NCBI GenBank assembly: GCA_040904565.1
Contig: JBBDTI010000016.1
Location: 96,298-132,327, forward strand
Source: Rhodothermales bacterium
Lineage (GTDB): Bacteria; Bacteroidota; Rhodothermia; Rhodothermales; VXPQ01
Length of the DNA stretch: 36,030 nt
Direction of reading: 5' to 3'
The notes under the pieces: generated by a model
What the model was told of the DNA's origin: nothing
Database searches by the model: none
The model's input: the letters and a program-made list of their open reading frames with translations, nothing else
In this document: positions 10,052 through 19,845 of the stretch, one piece after another
Position numbering within the stretch: the stretch's first letter is position 1
Layout of the letters: every line of letters begins with the position of its first letter
Position numbers and translations under genes: made by a program

Positions 10052-10729
10052 ATGAGAAGAGAGCATTTACCGGGATACATTCTGGTTGCCGTCCTATTCA
10101 CCACCGCCGGATTCACCGCGATGCAGGGTGAGGTGCACGGCGACGAGATAGCGAGCCGTATGCTCCCGACGCCTCAGGACCCTACGATCAGTGCTGAAGA
10201 GGTGGAGGCGTCGCGGTCGCAGTACGCGTATCTCGTACAGACGCTGCGCGCGAATCCACACAAGCTTCAGCTGCTCCCCCCGAGCACCATCAATTCGGAA
10301 ACCCTCTGGCTGGCACGTGCCATCTACTCCGAGACCAAACGTGCCGAGGAGATGGAGCTCGTCGCATGGGTCGTCCGAAACCGGGTGGAAACGGGGTATC
10401 GGGGCCGGTCCACCTACCGCGAGGTCGTGCTCGACCCGTTTCAGTTCAGCGCGTTTAATCCTACCAACACCAAGCGCTGGTATTACGCAAACCTGGACGT
10501 ACAGACGAACAGCCAGGCATGGCAGCGCGCTCTGACCATTGCCCACCGCGTTCGGTCGGCTCAACCGGAATACCGACCGTTCTCGATCCGGACGAGGCAT
10601 TTCTACAGTGAACGATCCATGCTCGGACGTCCGCATCCGAACTGGGCGAACGGAAAGCGGCCGGTCGTGCCGCAACGCCCCGTCTCCATCGAGGAGGATC
10701 GCTTCCGCTTCTACGAAGGGATCTCGTGA
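10052..10729 (+). CDS. Cell wall hydrolase (SleB/Hydrolase_2-like lytic transglycosylase), exported
   Basis: N-terminal hydrophobic signal, LARAIYSE (catalytic Glu position), VAWVVRNRV and PFQFSAFN. Confidence 0.8.
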   Translation: MRREHLPGYILVAVLFTTAGFTAMQGEVHGDEIASRMLPTPQDPTISAEEVEASRSQYAYLVQTLRANPHKLQLLPPSTINSETLWLARAIYSETKRAEEMELVAWVVRNRVETGYRGRSTYREVVLDPFQFSAFNPTNTKRWYYANLDVQTNSQAWQRALTIAHRVRSAQPEYRPFSIRTRHFYSERSMLGRPHPNWANGKRPVVPQRPVSIEEDRFRFYEGIS

Positions 10730-10782
10730 TCGCGACGGACGGACTCTCGTCCGCATGGTCGACATTGAAGATAGCGTTGAAT

Positions 10783-10819
10783 GTAGAAAGGCACGGTCGA
10801 TCTGACCGTGCCTTTCTAC
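10783..10819. terminator. Perfect 16-bp inverted repeat, probable bidirectional intrinsic terminator
   Basis: gtagaaaggcacggtc (10783-10798), 5-nt loop, gaccgtgcctttctac (10804-10819); lies between convergent genes. Confidence 0.75.
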
Positions 10820-10856
10820 GTTCTGAGAAGACCTACTTCCGGCCCGTCCGCGCGGT

Positions 10857-11504
10857 CTACAAGCTGATTCCCAGGCTGAGCATGACGGAGTTAAGGCGTT
10901 GATCGTCGTCCGGCGTGACGGTGACGTCACCCAGCTCGTAGGACTCCTTCATGAAGCGTGTGACGCCGAAGGTATACTTCAGTTCGGGATAGAGACGAAT
11001 GCCGCCGAGACCAATTTCAAATCCGGCGCCGGCACCGGCGGCAAGGCTGAACCGTTCGAGCTGGCCCTGATTATTCTGGTCCGTTGTGAAGCGAATGACC
11101 GGGCCGGCCATCACGTAGGGCGTAATGAGCGGCAGCGACATGCGGAGCCGAAGATCGACGGGAACTTCCATAAACGTGAAGAACTGGTCGTCCTCGACGG
11201 ATGCCCCCGGCCCGGCATTCTCAAATCCTGAGGTGGATGTCGGCTCCAGAAGCCGGCCGGCCTCCATGTACCGCAGTCCCGGACGCAAGGCCACGGGACC
11301 GACGGGCAGATCGAACCAGAGGTGGATGTGCCAGCCCGTAACGTTGTCGAGCGTCGCATCACCATCGGTCGTCCGGATGTCTCCCAGTTCGCTGAAATTT
11401 GGTCCGGCCGACACCCCTATTCCCTGCGCGCGAACGACGGCCGAGCTGCTGAATCCGATGAGAAGGAGGACGAACGCAGCGTGCCTGGTGAACCTGCAAA
11501 ACAT
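10857..11504 (-). CDS. Outer membrane beta-barrel (porin-like/OmpA-barrel family) protein
   Basis: Signal peptide ending VRA-Q, alternating beta-strands, GVSAGPNFS, EVPVDLR, PYVMAGP, and C-terminal LSLGISL. Confidence 0.8.
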   Translation of the reverse strand: MFCRFTRHAAFVLLLIGFSSSAVVRAQGIGVSAGPNFSELGDIRTTDGDATLDNVTGWHIHLWFDLPVGPVALRPGLRYMEAGRLLEPTSTSGFENAGPGASVEDDQFFTFMEVPVDLRLRMSLPLITPYVMAGPVIRFTTDQNNQGQLERFSLAAGAGAGFEIGLGGIRLYPELKYTFGVTRFMKESYELGDVTVTPDDDQRLNSVMLSLGISL

Positions 11505-11721
11505 TATGTAGCACTGTAAGATGGATGGGTCGACAACAATCGCGCCGCCGCCGTAAGGCGTTCAGGACCGTTCGCTGGGCGTCCAGCACAAACACGGCGG
11601 TGTGTTTGCAACCTCGTCAGAAGCCACGAGTTTCTCCGGATGGCACGGCGAACCGTGTGTAACAATGTACGGGGGAATGTCCCTCATAGGAAATATCAGA
11701 TCGCGATCGGGAAGTTCGTCC

Positions 11722-12876
11722 ATGAAGATTGGGATTACCTGCTATCCTGTATATGGTGGTAGCGGCGTCGTTGCGACCGAGCTCGGCAAGGCACTCGCGG
11801 AGCGGGGCCACCAGATCCATTTCATCGCCTATTCGATGCCCTTCCGCCTCAATCACGTTACCGAGAGCATCTATTTTCACGAGGTGGCCGTGAATGCATA
11901 CCCGCTGTTCGAGTACCCACCCTATTCGCTCGCCCTGACGAGCAAGATGGTGGATGTCGCCCGGTATGAGAAGCTCGACCTCCTGCACGTGCATTACGCC
12001 ATCCCGCATGCCACGAGTGCCGTCCTGGCCCAGCAGATCCTGAACGAGCAGGGTCTCCACGTGCCGATCATTACTACCCTGCACGGGACCGACATTACCC
12101 TCGTCGGACAGGACCCTGGGTTTGCCCCGGTCGTCAACTATTCGATCAACCATTCCGACGGCGTGACGGCCGTGTCGGACTTTCTGCGTCGGGAGACGCA
12201 CAACCATTTCAACATCGATCGGCCCATCGAAGTCATTCCCAATTTCATCGATACGCGGCGCTTCACGCGCATGAATAAGCAGCACTTCAAGCAGGCTCTG
12301 TGTCCGAACGGAGAGAAGGTGCTCCTCCACATCTCGAACTTCAGACCGGTCAAGCGGGTGGGAGACGTCGTGCACGTATTTCATCGCCTCCGACAGGAAG
12401 GGCACTCGGTGAAATTGCTTCTCGTAGGCGACGGACCCGAACGCATGCCCGTACAGCGGCTGGCACGTGAGCTGGGCGTCTACGACGATATCCGTTTCCT
12501 CGGCAAGCAGGAACCGATCGAAGAGATCCTGTCCATTGCCGACGTCTTTCTCATCCCGAGCGGTTCGGAAACGTTCGGACTGGCCGCGCTCGAAGCGATG
12601 GCGTGCAGCGTGCCGGTCGTGTCGAGCGACATCGGCGGCCTACCGGAACTCAACGTCGACGGTGAGACCGGCTTTCTCTGTCCCCTGGGCGACATAGACG
12701 CGCTGACGGCGAAGACGCGGCTCCTCGTGGAGGACTCCGACCTCCAGCAGACGATGGCCGAGGCGGCCCGCAAACGGGCCGTGGAGATGTTCGATCAGAA
12801 CCGCATCATTCCCGACTACGAACGCTTTTACGAACGCATCATCGAGGAATCGACGTCGGACGTGGAAGCGACGTAG
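11722..12876 (+). CDS. bshA: N-acetyl-alpha-D-glucosaminyl L-malate synthase (bacillithiol biosynthesis, GT4)
   Basis: MKIGITCYPVYGGSGVVATELG, HVHYAIPHA, TTLHGTDITLVG, SNFRPVKR and ETFGLAALEAM. Confidence 0.95.
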   Translation: MKIGITCYPVYGGSGVVATELGKALAERGHQIHFIAYSMPFRLNHVTESIYFHEVAVNAYPLFEYPPYSLALTSKMVDVARYEKLDLLHVHYAIPHATSAVLAQQILNEQGLHVPIITTLHGTDITLVGQDPGFAPVVNYSINHSDGVTAVSDFLRRETHNHFNIDRPIEVIPNFIDTRRFTRMNKQHFKQALCPNGEKVLLHISNFRPVKRVGDVVHVFHRLRQEGHSVKLLLVGDGPERMPVQRLARELGVYDDIRFLGKQEPIEEILSIADVFLIPSGSETFGLAALEAMACSVPVVSSDIGGLPELNVDGETGFLCPLGDIDALTAKTRLLVEDSDLQQTMAEAARKRAVEMFDQNRIIPDYERFYERIIEESTSDVEAT

Positions 12877-13061
12877 TTGGAACGGAACGAGGCGGCGTGT
12901 TGCCGATCCAGTGAGAACAGTACGAACGTGTGGTGGCCACATCGTGCGAACGGCGTAACGGCCGCGTGAAGTCCGGACAACGGCGCAAACCGGGGGCTTT
13001 CGGGAGCGTATATATAAACGGATGGATCGTCTATAAGGGATCGGCAGGGCGGGGGCTTGGT

Positions 13062-13442
13062 ATGGAAAATCTCAAACTGAAATCTGGAGAATCAGCGAGC
13101 GCGGTAGGCGCACGTCCTATCGGCCGCCCCGGGCACGTCGCACCGGCCGTGACGGTGACAAAAATCGTCCTCGTTCAGTTCAGAAGCGGTGAGGCCGTGA
13201 GCGAGCATCCCGAGCTGGTGGAATCCCTGGCGGATGGGTGGACCGTCCGCAGCGCCGTACCGCGTATGGTCGAAGCTGAAGGAACGAAGCTGCTCGTCGT
13301 GCTCGCCAGACCCAACCCGGTTTCGGCCGCCCCGACGATACGAACGGTCCCAGAGGCGCGTCGAACGGTACCGGATGCGCGAGAGCCTCTGAGGCGTTCT
13401 GAGACGTACGGATATCCGGCTGGACCTCACGCGTCCGGCTGA
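13062..13442 (+). CDS. Hypothetical protein
   Basis: Only plausible ORF in the gap; ATG 13062; compact core LADGWTVRSAVPRMVEAEGTKLLVVL. Confidence 0.5.
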   Translation: MENLKLKSGESASAVGARPIGRPGHVAPAVTVTKIVLVQFRSGEAVSEHPELVESLADGWTVRSAVPRMVEAEGTKLLVVLARPNPVSAAPTIRTVPEARRTVPDAREPLRRSETYGYPAGPHASG

Positions 13443-14077
13443 TACCCCGTTAAGAAGGGATTCGAAGCGCGTTCGCGCCCGATCGTCGTAACGGGCCCGT
13501 GGCCCGGATGCACGACGACCTCGTCCCCAAGCGGAACGAGCTTCTGGAAAATGGACTGCATGAGTTCGGGCATCGAGCCCCGCCACAAATCCGTCCGGCC
13601 GATCGATCCCTGAAACAGTACGTCACCGGATAGAACCTGCTTCGATGCCGCGTCGAAGAAACTGATGGAGCCGGGGGAATGCCCCGGCGTGTAGAGCACG
13701 TCCAGCACGACATCCCCGAACGCCACCTCGTCACCCTCTTGGAGGAATCCTTCCGGCTCCGGCGGCTCCTCGATAGACACACCGAACATCCGAGCCTGCT
13801 CGCCGGCCGCCGCGAGAAGCTTTCGATCTTCCCGATGCATCTTGAACCCCATACCGTATCGCTTCGCGAAATGGCTGCATCCGAAAATGTGATCGATGTG
13901 GGCGTGCGTGAGCAGAAGATGGCGCATCGACAGCTCCCGTTCATCGATGTACCGCTCCACGCGCTCGATTTCTTCGTCCGTCGAACAGCTTGGATCCACG
14001 AGCACCGCCTCGCCGCCGTCGTGGCATACGAAACTGTTCGTCTGGAAGGGATTGCACGTAAAACGTTGAATGTTCAT
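13427..14077 (-). CDS. MBL-fold metallo-hydrolase (glyoxalase II/YcbL-like)
   Basis: THAHIDH, TPGHSPG, SGDVLF, GRTDL and HPGHG; ATG at 14077. Confidence 0.93.
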   Translation of the reverse strand: MNIQRFTCNPFQTNSFVCHDGGEAVLVDPSCSTDEEIERVERYIDERELSMRHLLLTHAHIDHIFGCSHFAKRYGMGFKMHREDRKLLAAAGEQARMFGVSIEEPPEPEGFLQEGDEVAFGDVVLDVLYTPGHSPGSISFFDAASKQVLSGDVLFQGSIGRTDLWRGSMPELMQSIFQKLVPLGDEVVVHPGHGPVTTIGRERASNPFLTGYQPDA

Positions 14078-14232
14078 GAGGTCTCTGCGTACCGGTAGTT
14101 CGTAGCATCCAGGGTGAAGCGAAGGCATCGTCTCGAACAACCGCCGCGGGGGATCGTTAACGCCGCAAGCCCCGTTCTTGACGACCGTTCTCGCATACGA
14201 CCAACGCACCAGAACGTCAGCGGCTCCCCACC

Positions 14233-15648
14233 ATGAAGCGGCTCCACGGACTGATCCTTAGGACGTTGCCCGGCCCGATACTGGGCTGGCTCGGGACCCT
14301 CATGTTCCTGCTGCTTATGCAGTTCCTGATCAAGTACCTCCCCGACCTTGCGGGCAAGGAGCTGCCGTTCTTCGTCGTCGTGGAGCTCATCGCGTACAAC
14401 CTCGCCTACATGGTCGTGCTCGCCGTGCCGATGTCGGTACTCATCGGTACGATGATGGTCTTCAGCCGGCTCACGGAATCGCGCGCCTACGTGGTCGCAA
14501 AATCGTCCGGCATCTCTCCGATCCAGCTCATCTGGCCGACGCTCGTGATCGGGCTTTTCCTGACTGTCGGCATGACGTACTTCAACAATATGATCCTCCC
14601 GGAAGCTAACTTCCGCGCTCGAAATCTGTGGAGCGACATCCGGGAGAAGCGGCCGGGATTCGAACTCCAGGAAGGAGTGTTTTATGACGGCCTCGACGAG
14701 TACAGCATCCTCGTACAGCGCATCAGCGGTAACGCCGATCGGCTGGAAGACGTGCTCGTGTACGACTATACGGATGAGGAGCGCTACCAGACCGTCATCA
14801 AGGCGCGAGAAGGCCATCTACGCGCGATGCAGGCGCGCCCCGAGCTCGTGCTCACGCTGCTCGACGGGGAAGTTCACCGCATGCGCAGCGCGAGCGCTTC
14901 GTCGGTCGCGGAACGTTACGAGCGACTGGCTTTCGAGCGGTACCAGATGCGCCTCGATTTGTCGGAATTTGCGTTCGAGCGCGGAGAACGAGATGCCCAC
15001 CGCTCCGATCGCACGATGCGTACGATCGACATGATTCACCTGGTGGACTCGCTTCAGCGGAGCGTCGATGCCTCTCGCGACCGACTCATCGAAGAAGGTC
15101 GGCGGGTCGTCGAGGGGCCTCGAATCGACCTGACCGCGGTGCCGGACACGGCTCTTTCCGCCGCGCCGGCACCAGGCCGAATCGGTCTCGTCAACCTCGA
15201 GAGAACCGACCGGAATCGCGTCGTGCAGACTGCCTTAAGCCGTGCGCGCTCTACACGTACGCTCGTCGATGAAACGCGCCGCAATATCGAATGGGAGTCA
15301 CAGCGGACCGATCGCTTTCGCGTCGAGATCCACAAAAAGTACTCTATTGCGATCGCGTGCATCATCTTCGTTCTGATCGGCGCCCCGCTCGGGCTGAGCG
15401 TGCGACGGGGCGGGCTGGGTGCCGTCGGCGCACTATCGACGGGTATCTTTCTGTTCTACTGGGTCACCCTCGTGCAGGGAGAAAAGCTCGCCGACCGCGG
15501 ACTGCTAACCCCCTGGGTCGGAATGTGGGCCGCTAACATCGTGATGGTCACCCTCGGTCTCTGGCTGATGCTTTACGTGAGCAAAGACCTGCGCGCTACG
15601 CCGCCCCTCCGCAAACGGCTCCTCAAACGATTCCAGCGCTCTAACTGA
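14233..15648 (+). CDS. lptF: LptF/LptG family LPS export permease
   Basis: Three N-terminal TMs, LAVPMSVL, KSSGIS, a periplasmic domain, EIHKKYSIA, IGAPLG and three C-terminal TMs. Confidence 0.85.
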   Translation: MKRLHGLILRTLPGPILGWLGTLMFLLLMQFLIKYLPDLAGKELPFFVVVELIAYNLAYMVVLAVPMSVLIGTMMVFSRLTESRAYVVAKSSGISPIQLIWPTLVIGLFLTVGMTYFNNMILPEANFRARNLWSDIREKRPGFELQEGVFYDGLDEYSILVQRISGNADRLEDVLVYDYTDEERYQTVIKAREGHLRAMQARPELVLTLLDGEVHRMRSASASSVAERYERLAFERYQMRLDLSEFAFERGERDAHRSDRTMRTIDMIHLVDSLQRSVDASRDRLIEEGRRVVEGPRIDLTAVPDTALSAAPAPGRIGLVNLERTDRNRVVQTALSRARSTRTLVDETRRNIEWESQRTDRFRVEIHKKYSIAIACIIFVLIGAPLGLSVRRGGLGAVGALSTGIFLFYWVTLVQGEKLADRGLLTPWVGMWAANIVMVTLGLWLMLYVSKDLRATPPLRKRLLKRFQRSN

Positions 15649-15775
15649 CGCCCACGCCCCAAGTGGCTGCCGATCCATCCCGAACGCCCAATCGCCCAGC
15701 CGTAAACCGCCCAGGCACCTAACCGCGCGACCGTCCAACCGCCCGCCCGTTCACAGTCCGATCCTCAACCGAAAC

Positions 15776-16468
15776 GTGCTCTACCTCGTACCCACGCCCA
15801 TAGGCAATCTCGAAGACATCACGCTGCGTGCACTTCGCGTGCTGGAGGAGGTCGATCTGATCGCCTGTGAAGACACGAGAACGTCCGGCATCCTTCTCAC
15901 GCACTACGAGATCGATACGCCGACGACGAGCTATCACGAACACAACGAGAACAGAAAGGCGCCGCAGCTGATCAAACAGATGAGGGCGGGGTCGGACGTC
16001 GCGCTGATCAGCGATGCCGGATCCCCGGGGATCTCGGATCCCGCCTTCTACCTCGTCCGCGAGTGCATGCGGCACGACATCCGCGTAGAGGCCCTCCCCG
16101 GACCGACGGCCATCATTCCTGCCCTGACGACGTCGGCACTTCCTGTAGATCGATTCGTCTTCGAGGGATTCCTGCCGACGAAGAAGGGGAGATCGACGCG
16201 TTTGGAGGAACTGAGCAGCGAACCTCGCACCATGATCTTCTACGAGTCTCCCTACCGGGTCGTCAAGACGCTGCGACAGTTCGCCGAGATCTTCGGACCG
16301 AATCGTCCCGCCGCCGCCGCGCGCGAGATGACGAAGAAATTCGAGGAGATCCGCAGAGGAACGCTCGACGAGCTGGCGTCGTATTTCGACGCCCAGGCGA
16401 AGGTTCGCGGCGAGTTTGTGCTCGTCGTAGCGGGCGCCGGGGTGACGACCGATATCTGGGCAACGTAG
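15776..16468 (+). CDS. rsmI: 16S rRNA C1402 2'-O-methyltransferase
   Basis: LYLVPTPIGNLEDIT, CEDTR, SDAGSPGISDP, FEGFLP, YESPYR and REMTKKFEE. Confidence 0.97.
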   Translation: MLYLVPTPIGNLEDITLRALRVLEEVDLIACEDTRTSGILLTHYEIDTPTTSYHEHNENRKAPQLIKQMRAGSDVALISDAGSPGISDPAFYLVRECMRHDIRVEALPGPTAIIPALTTSALPVDRFVFEGFLPTKKGRSTRLEELSSEPRTMIFYESPYRVVKTLRQFAEIFGPNRPAAAAREMTKKFEEIRRGTLDELASYFDAQAKVRGEFVLVVAGAGVTTDIWAT

Positions 16469-16498
16469 CTCCGGCCGGGCCGCGTCTTCCCCCGAATT

Positions 16499-16580
16499 GA
16501 CGTCCTCGCAAGGACGTCCTCGCAAGAACGCCCCCGAGACGACACACCTGAAACGACATCCCGAGACGCCCCCGAAACGA
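16499..16580. repeat. Intergenic short tandem repeats: 14-bp GACGTCCTCGCAAG x2, then degenerate CCCGARACG units
   Basis: Exact copies at 16499-16512 and 16513-16526, then cccgagacg/cctgaaacg/cccgagacg/cccgaaacg. Confidence 0.7.
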
Positions 16581-16636
16581 GAGCACTCCGTGGGACGTTA
16601 CTTAACATTCTTTATCTCCCGCAAGTTGACGGACAC

Positions 16637-19504
16637 ATGAACTGGAAGCTTACCGATCGAGTTGTTGCGGGCGTCGTGTTCCTGTACGGTCTCGTGCTCT
16701 ACAGCCTCACCGTAGCGCCGACGGCATCGTTCTGGGACTCCGGGGAGTTCATCGCGATAGCCAACCTGCTCGAGGTGTCCCACCCCCCGGGAGCCCCCTT
16801 CTATATGCTCGTGGGCAGGCTGTTCTCGATGTTTGCTCCCGTCGAATACGTGGCCCTGTCCGTCAACTTCGTGTCCGTGCTGGCAAGTGCGGTGACGGTC
16901 CTGCTCACATTCCTGATCATCGTCCGTCTGGTTCGTGAATGGCAGGGGCCGGCTGACACGTGGACGGGTTCCGAGCGCATCACGGCGCTCGTGGGCGGCG
17001 TGGTCGGCGCCGCGACGTTCGCCGCGACGGATTCCTTCTGGTTCAACGCGGTCGAGTCCGAAGTGTACGCGCTCTCGATGTGTTTTACGGCCGTCACGGT
17101 CTGGTTGATTTTGAAATGGAGCGAACAGGCACAGGCAGAGGAGGCCGTTCTTTCCGGTGGCCAGCATCCGTTCGGCCTCCGCGCGAATCGATACCTGGTG
17201 CTCATCGCCTACATGTTCGGGCTTGCGATCGGCGTGCATCTTCTCAACCTTCTCGCCGTCTTTTTTGTCGCGCTCATCTTCTTTTTTACGGAGATCGAGA
17301 AGCCCTCATGGGACACCTGGACGCGCTGGCGGGGCATCGTCCTCACGGGCGTCGTTTCGTCGCTCGCGTTTCTAATGATCTATCCGGGCATCATCCAGAT
17401 GCTGCCCACCCTTGCCGAAACCAGCGGAGTCCCCGTTCTATTCGTGCTGCTCGTCATCGGCGCGGTATCGTTTGCCGTCTACTACACGCATACGCGGGCG
17501 ATGGCGACCGCCAATCTCGTGATGCTTTGCATCGCCGTCGTCCTGATCGGGTATTCGACGTACGCCGTGATTTTCATTCGCAGTGCGGCCGATCCCCCGA
17601 TCGACGAGAACGATCCGGAGACGACGGAAGCCATTATATCCTACCTCAAGCGAGAGCAGTACGGCCAGACTCCGCTCTTGAAGGGCGCGAATTACGACCC
17701 GCGAATTGGGCAGATCAACTACGATGAGGAGGTTCTCTTCCCGCGGCGCCACTCGCCGGACCCGAATCACAGCAATATCTACCGGCAGTACGAGTCGGAC
17801 TGGGACTTTTTCTGGCAGTACCAGGTCGGCCATATGTACGTCCGCTATTTCCTGTGGCAGTTCGTCGGACGATCCAGCGACGTACAGGATGCTCCCCCCG
17901 CCACGGGATTCCGGTTCGTCGACGAACGTGCCGGAAGGGACGACTTCCTCCGACAAACGCCTTCAGAGCGCGAGTCGAAGAATGTCTACTATGCCCTTCC
18001 TCTGCTGCTCGGACTCATCGGCGCGGGGTTCCATTTCAGCCGGGACTGGCGACGGGCGTTCAGCGTCCTGGTTCTTTTCCTGGTCACGGGGATCGGGATC
18101 ATCCTTTACCTCAACCAGACACCCATGCAGCCCCGTGAGCGGGATTATTCCTTCGTGGCCAGCTTCTTCGCCTTCAGCGTATGGGTGGGTATCGGCGCTA
18201 CCGGTATGCTGGAGCTTACGCGTGAAGCCATCCGGAAAAACCTGAAGGAGAGGGCCCGGCAGGGCATGCTGCTCGGATTGGGGGCGCTGCTTTTCCTCGC
18301 CGTTCCCGGCTGGATGGCCAAGGAGAATTACTTCGATCACGATCGGTCGGGGAATTACGTGGCACCCGACTACGCATACAACCTCCTCAACAGCCTGGAC
18401 GAACACGCCATCGTCTTCACGAACGGGGATAACGACACGTTTCCACTCTGGTACATGCAGGAAGTCGAGCGCGAGCGGCGCGACGTACGCGTCGTTAATC
18501 TCTCGCTGCTCAATACATCCTGGTACATCAAGCAGCTCAAGAACCAGTCGTCTCGCGAGTCTACACCGCTGCCGATATCGATGAGTGACGAAAACATCGA
18601 AGACATCGGTGTGCGGCGCTGGGATCCGCGTACGATCGAGCTTCCGGTAGATCCCGAGCAGTTCGAAACCGAATCCGACGTCTTTCTGCCGCGGGCGGAC
18701 ACCAATCTGATCATGAATCCAATGCGGTGGCGCCTCGAGGGCCGCCCGTATAACGACGAGTTCAACATCCTCTATGCGGCAGACCAGGCGACGCTGGACA
18801 TCGTCGCGACGAATGCCCAGCAGGGCTGGCAGCGTCCGGTCTATTTTGCCGTGACGGTGAGCCCGGACGGCCAGCTCGATCTGCAGGACTTCTTCCACCT
18901 CGAAGGCCAGGCGTTTCAGGTCGTACCGATTCGACACAATCAGACCCTCGGGCGTATCGTGCCTTCCGTCACCCCACAGCGGCTGATGAACTTCCGGTTC
19001 CGGAATGTGGCCGACCCGAACGTGTATTTCGACGAGAACGTCCGTCGCATGGTCGACAACTACCGAAATATCTTCGGCCACACGGCGCAGTCCCTCGCCC
19101 AGCTCGGCGATAGAGAGCAGGCCATAGCCGTGCTCGATACGATCATGACGAAGGTGCCTTTCGAGACGATTCCCGGGGACGAACGCTCCTACCTTCTGCT
19201 GGCACGGGCGTACCAGAGCGCCGGCGCAAGCGAGAAGGCCGTGGAGCTGATCCAGGGAGCGGAGCCGCTCGTCCTGCACCGTCTCGAGTCATCTCGTTCC
19301 TCACAGGATATCGACATGGCCGCCCAGTACATACAGATCCTCCGCGCGAGCTACCTGGACGCCGGCGCGTTCGAGGCGGCCGCTGACTTCAGCGCGCGCA
19401 TCGCGGAAGTGATGGACGATTCGTCGTACAGGCAGTCGCCCGAAGAATTCCGGCGCCTGTACGAACAATCAACGGAGCCGAACGAACTCGTCCCGGGCTC
19501 ATAG
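16637..19504 (+). CDS. DUF2723 / TMEM260-like GT-C membrane glycosyltransferase
   Basis: TASFWDSGEFI, HPPGAPF, WFNAVESEVY, PRERDY and GDNDTFPLWY; multiple TMs; TPR-like C-terminus. Confidence 0.9.
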   Translation: MNWKLTDRVVAGVVFLYGLVLYSLTVAPTASFWDSGEFIAIANLLEVSHPPGAPFYMLVGRLFSMFAPVEYVALSVNFVSVLASAVTVLLTFLIIVRLVREWQGPADTWTGSERITALVGGVVGAATFAATDSFWFNAVESEVYALSMCFTAVTVWLILKWSEQAQAEEAVLSGGQHPFGLRANRYLVLIAYMFGLAIGVHLLNLLAVFFVALIFFFTEIEKPSWDTWTRWRGIVLTGVVSSLAFLMIYPGIIQMLPTLAETSGVPVLFVLLVIGAVSFAVYYTHTRAMATANLVMLCIAVVLIGYSTYAVIFIRSAADPPIDENDPETTEAIISYLKREQYGQTPLLKGANYDPRIGQINYDEEVLFPRRHSPDPNHSNIYRQYESDWDFFWQYQVGHMYVRYFLWQFVGRSSDVQDAPPATGFRFVDERAGRDDFLRQTPSERESKNVYYALPLLLGLIGAGFHFSRDWRRAFSVLVLFLVTGIGIILYLNQTPMQPRERDYSFVASFFAFSVWVGIGATGMLELTREAIRKNLKERARQGMLLGLGALLFLAVPGWMAKENYFDHDRSGNYVAPDYAYNLLNSLDEHAIVFTNGDNDTFPLWYMQEVERERRDVRVVNLSLLNTSWYIKQLKNQSSRESTPLPISMSDENIEDIGVRRWDPRTIELPVDPEQFETESDVFLPRADTNLIMNPMRWRLEGRPYNDEFNILYAADQATLDIVATNAQQGWQRPVYFAVTVSPDGQLDLQDFFHLEGQAFQVVPIRHNQTLGRIVPSVTPQRLMNFRFRNVADPNVYFDENVRRMVDNYRNIFGHTAQSLAQLGDREQAIAVLDTIMTKVPFETIPGDERSYLLLARAYQSAGASEKAVELIQGAEPLVLHRLESSRSSQDIDMAAQYIQILRASYLDAGAFEAAADFSARIAEVMDDSSYRQSPEEFRRLYEQSTEPNELVPGS

Positions 19505-19845
19505 CCCCCGGTACATCCATACGTAAAACCGGTTCATCTGCACGCGGCACGAATTGAGTGTCGTCCTATTTACATTTGCCTCATCAACGTCCGTTGTTAC
19601 GCACCTCTTAAAAACCGGACGTACAAAGACAGTCCGAATGCACACCAAATTTGACTGGGGATGGAATTGCCTATATATTCATGACGTTCTGGGTTTGGTG
19701 CAAGCGAATTGCATACACCTCAGATACGCGGGCTTAGTGGCCGGGGAAAGTGCCTCCCGACCGACCCACTACCACCGTATCCACGGATTGGCCAATCACA
19801 TATCAACCATACCCCGTTACGCCAGGGACATCTTGGAGGCATCGT

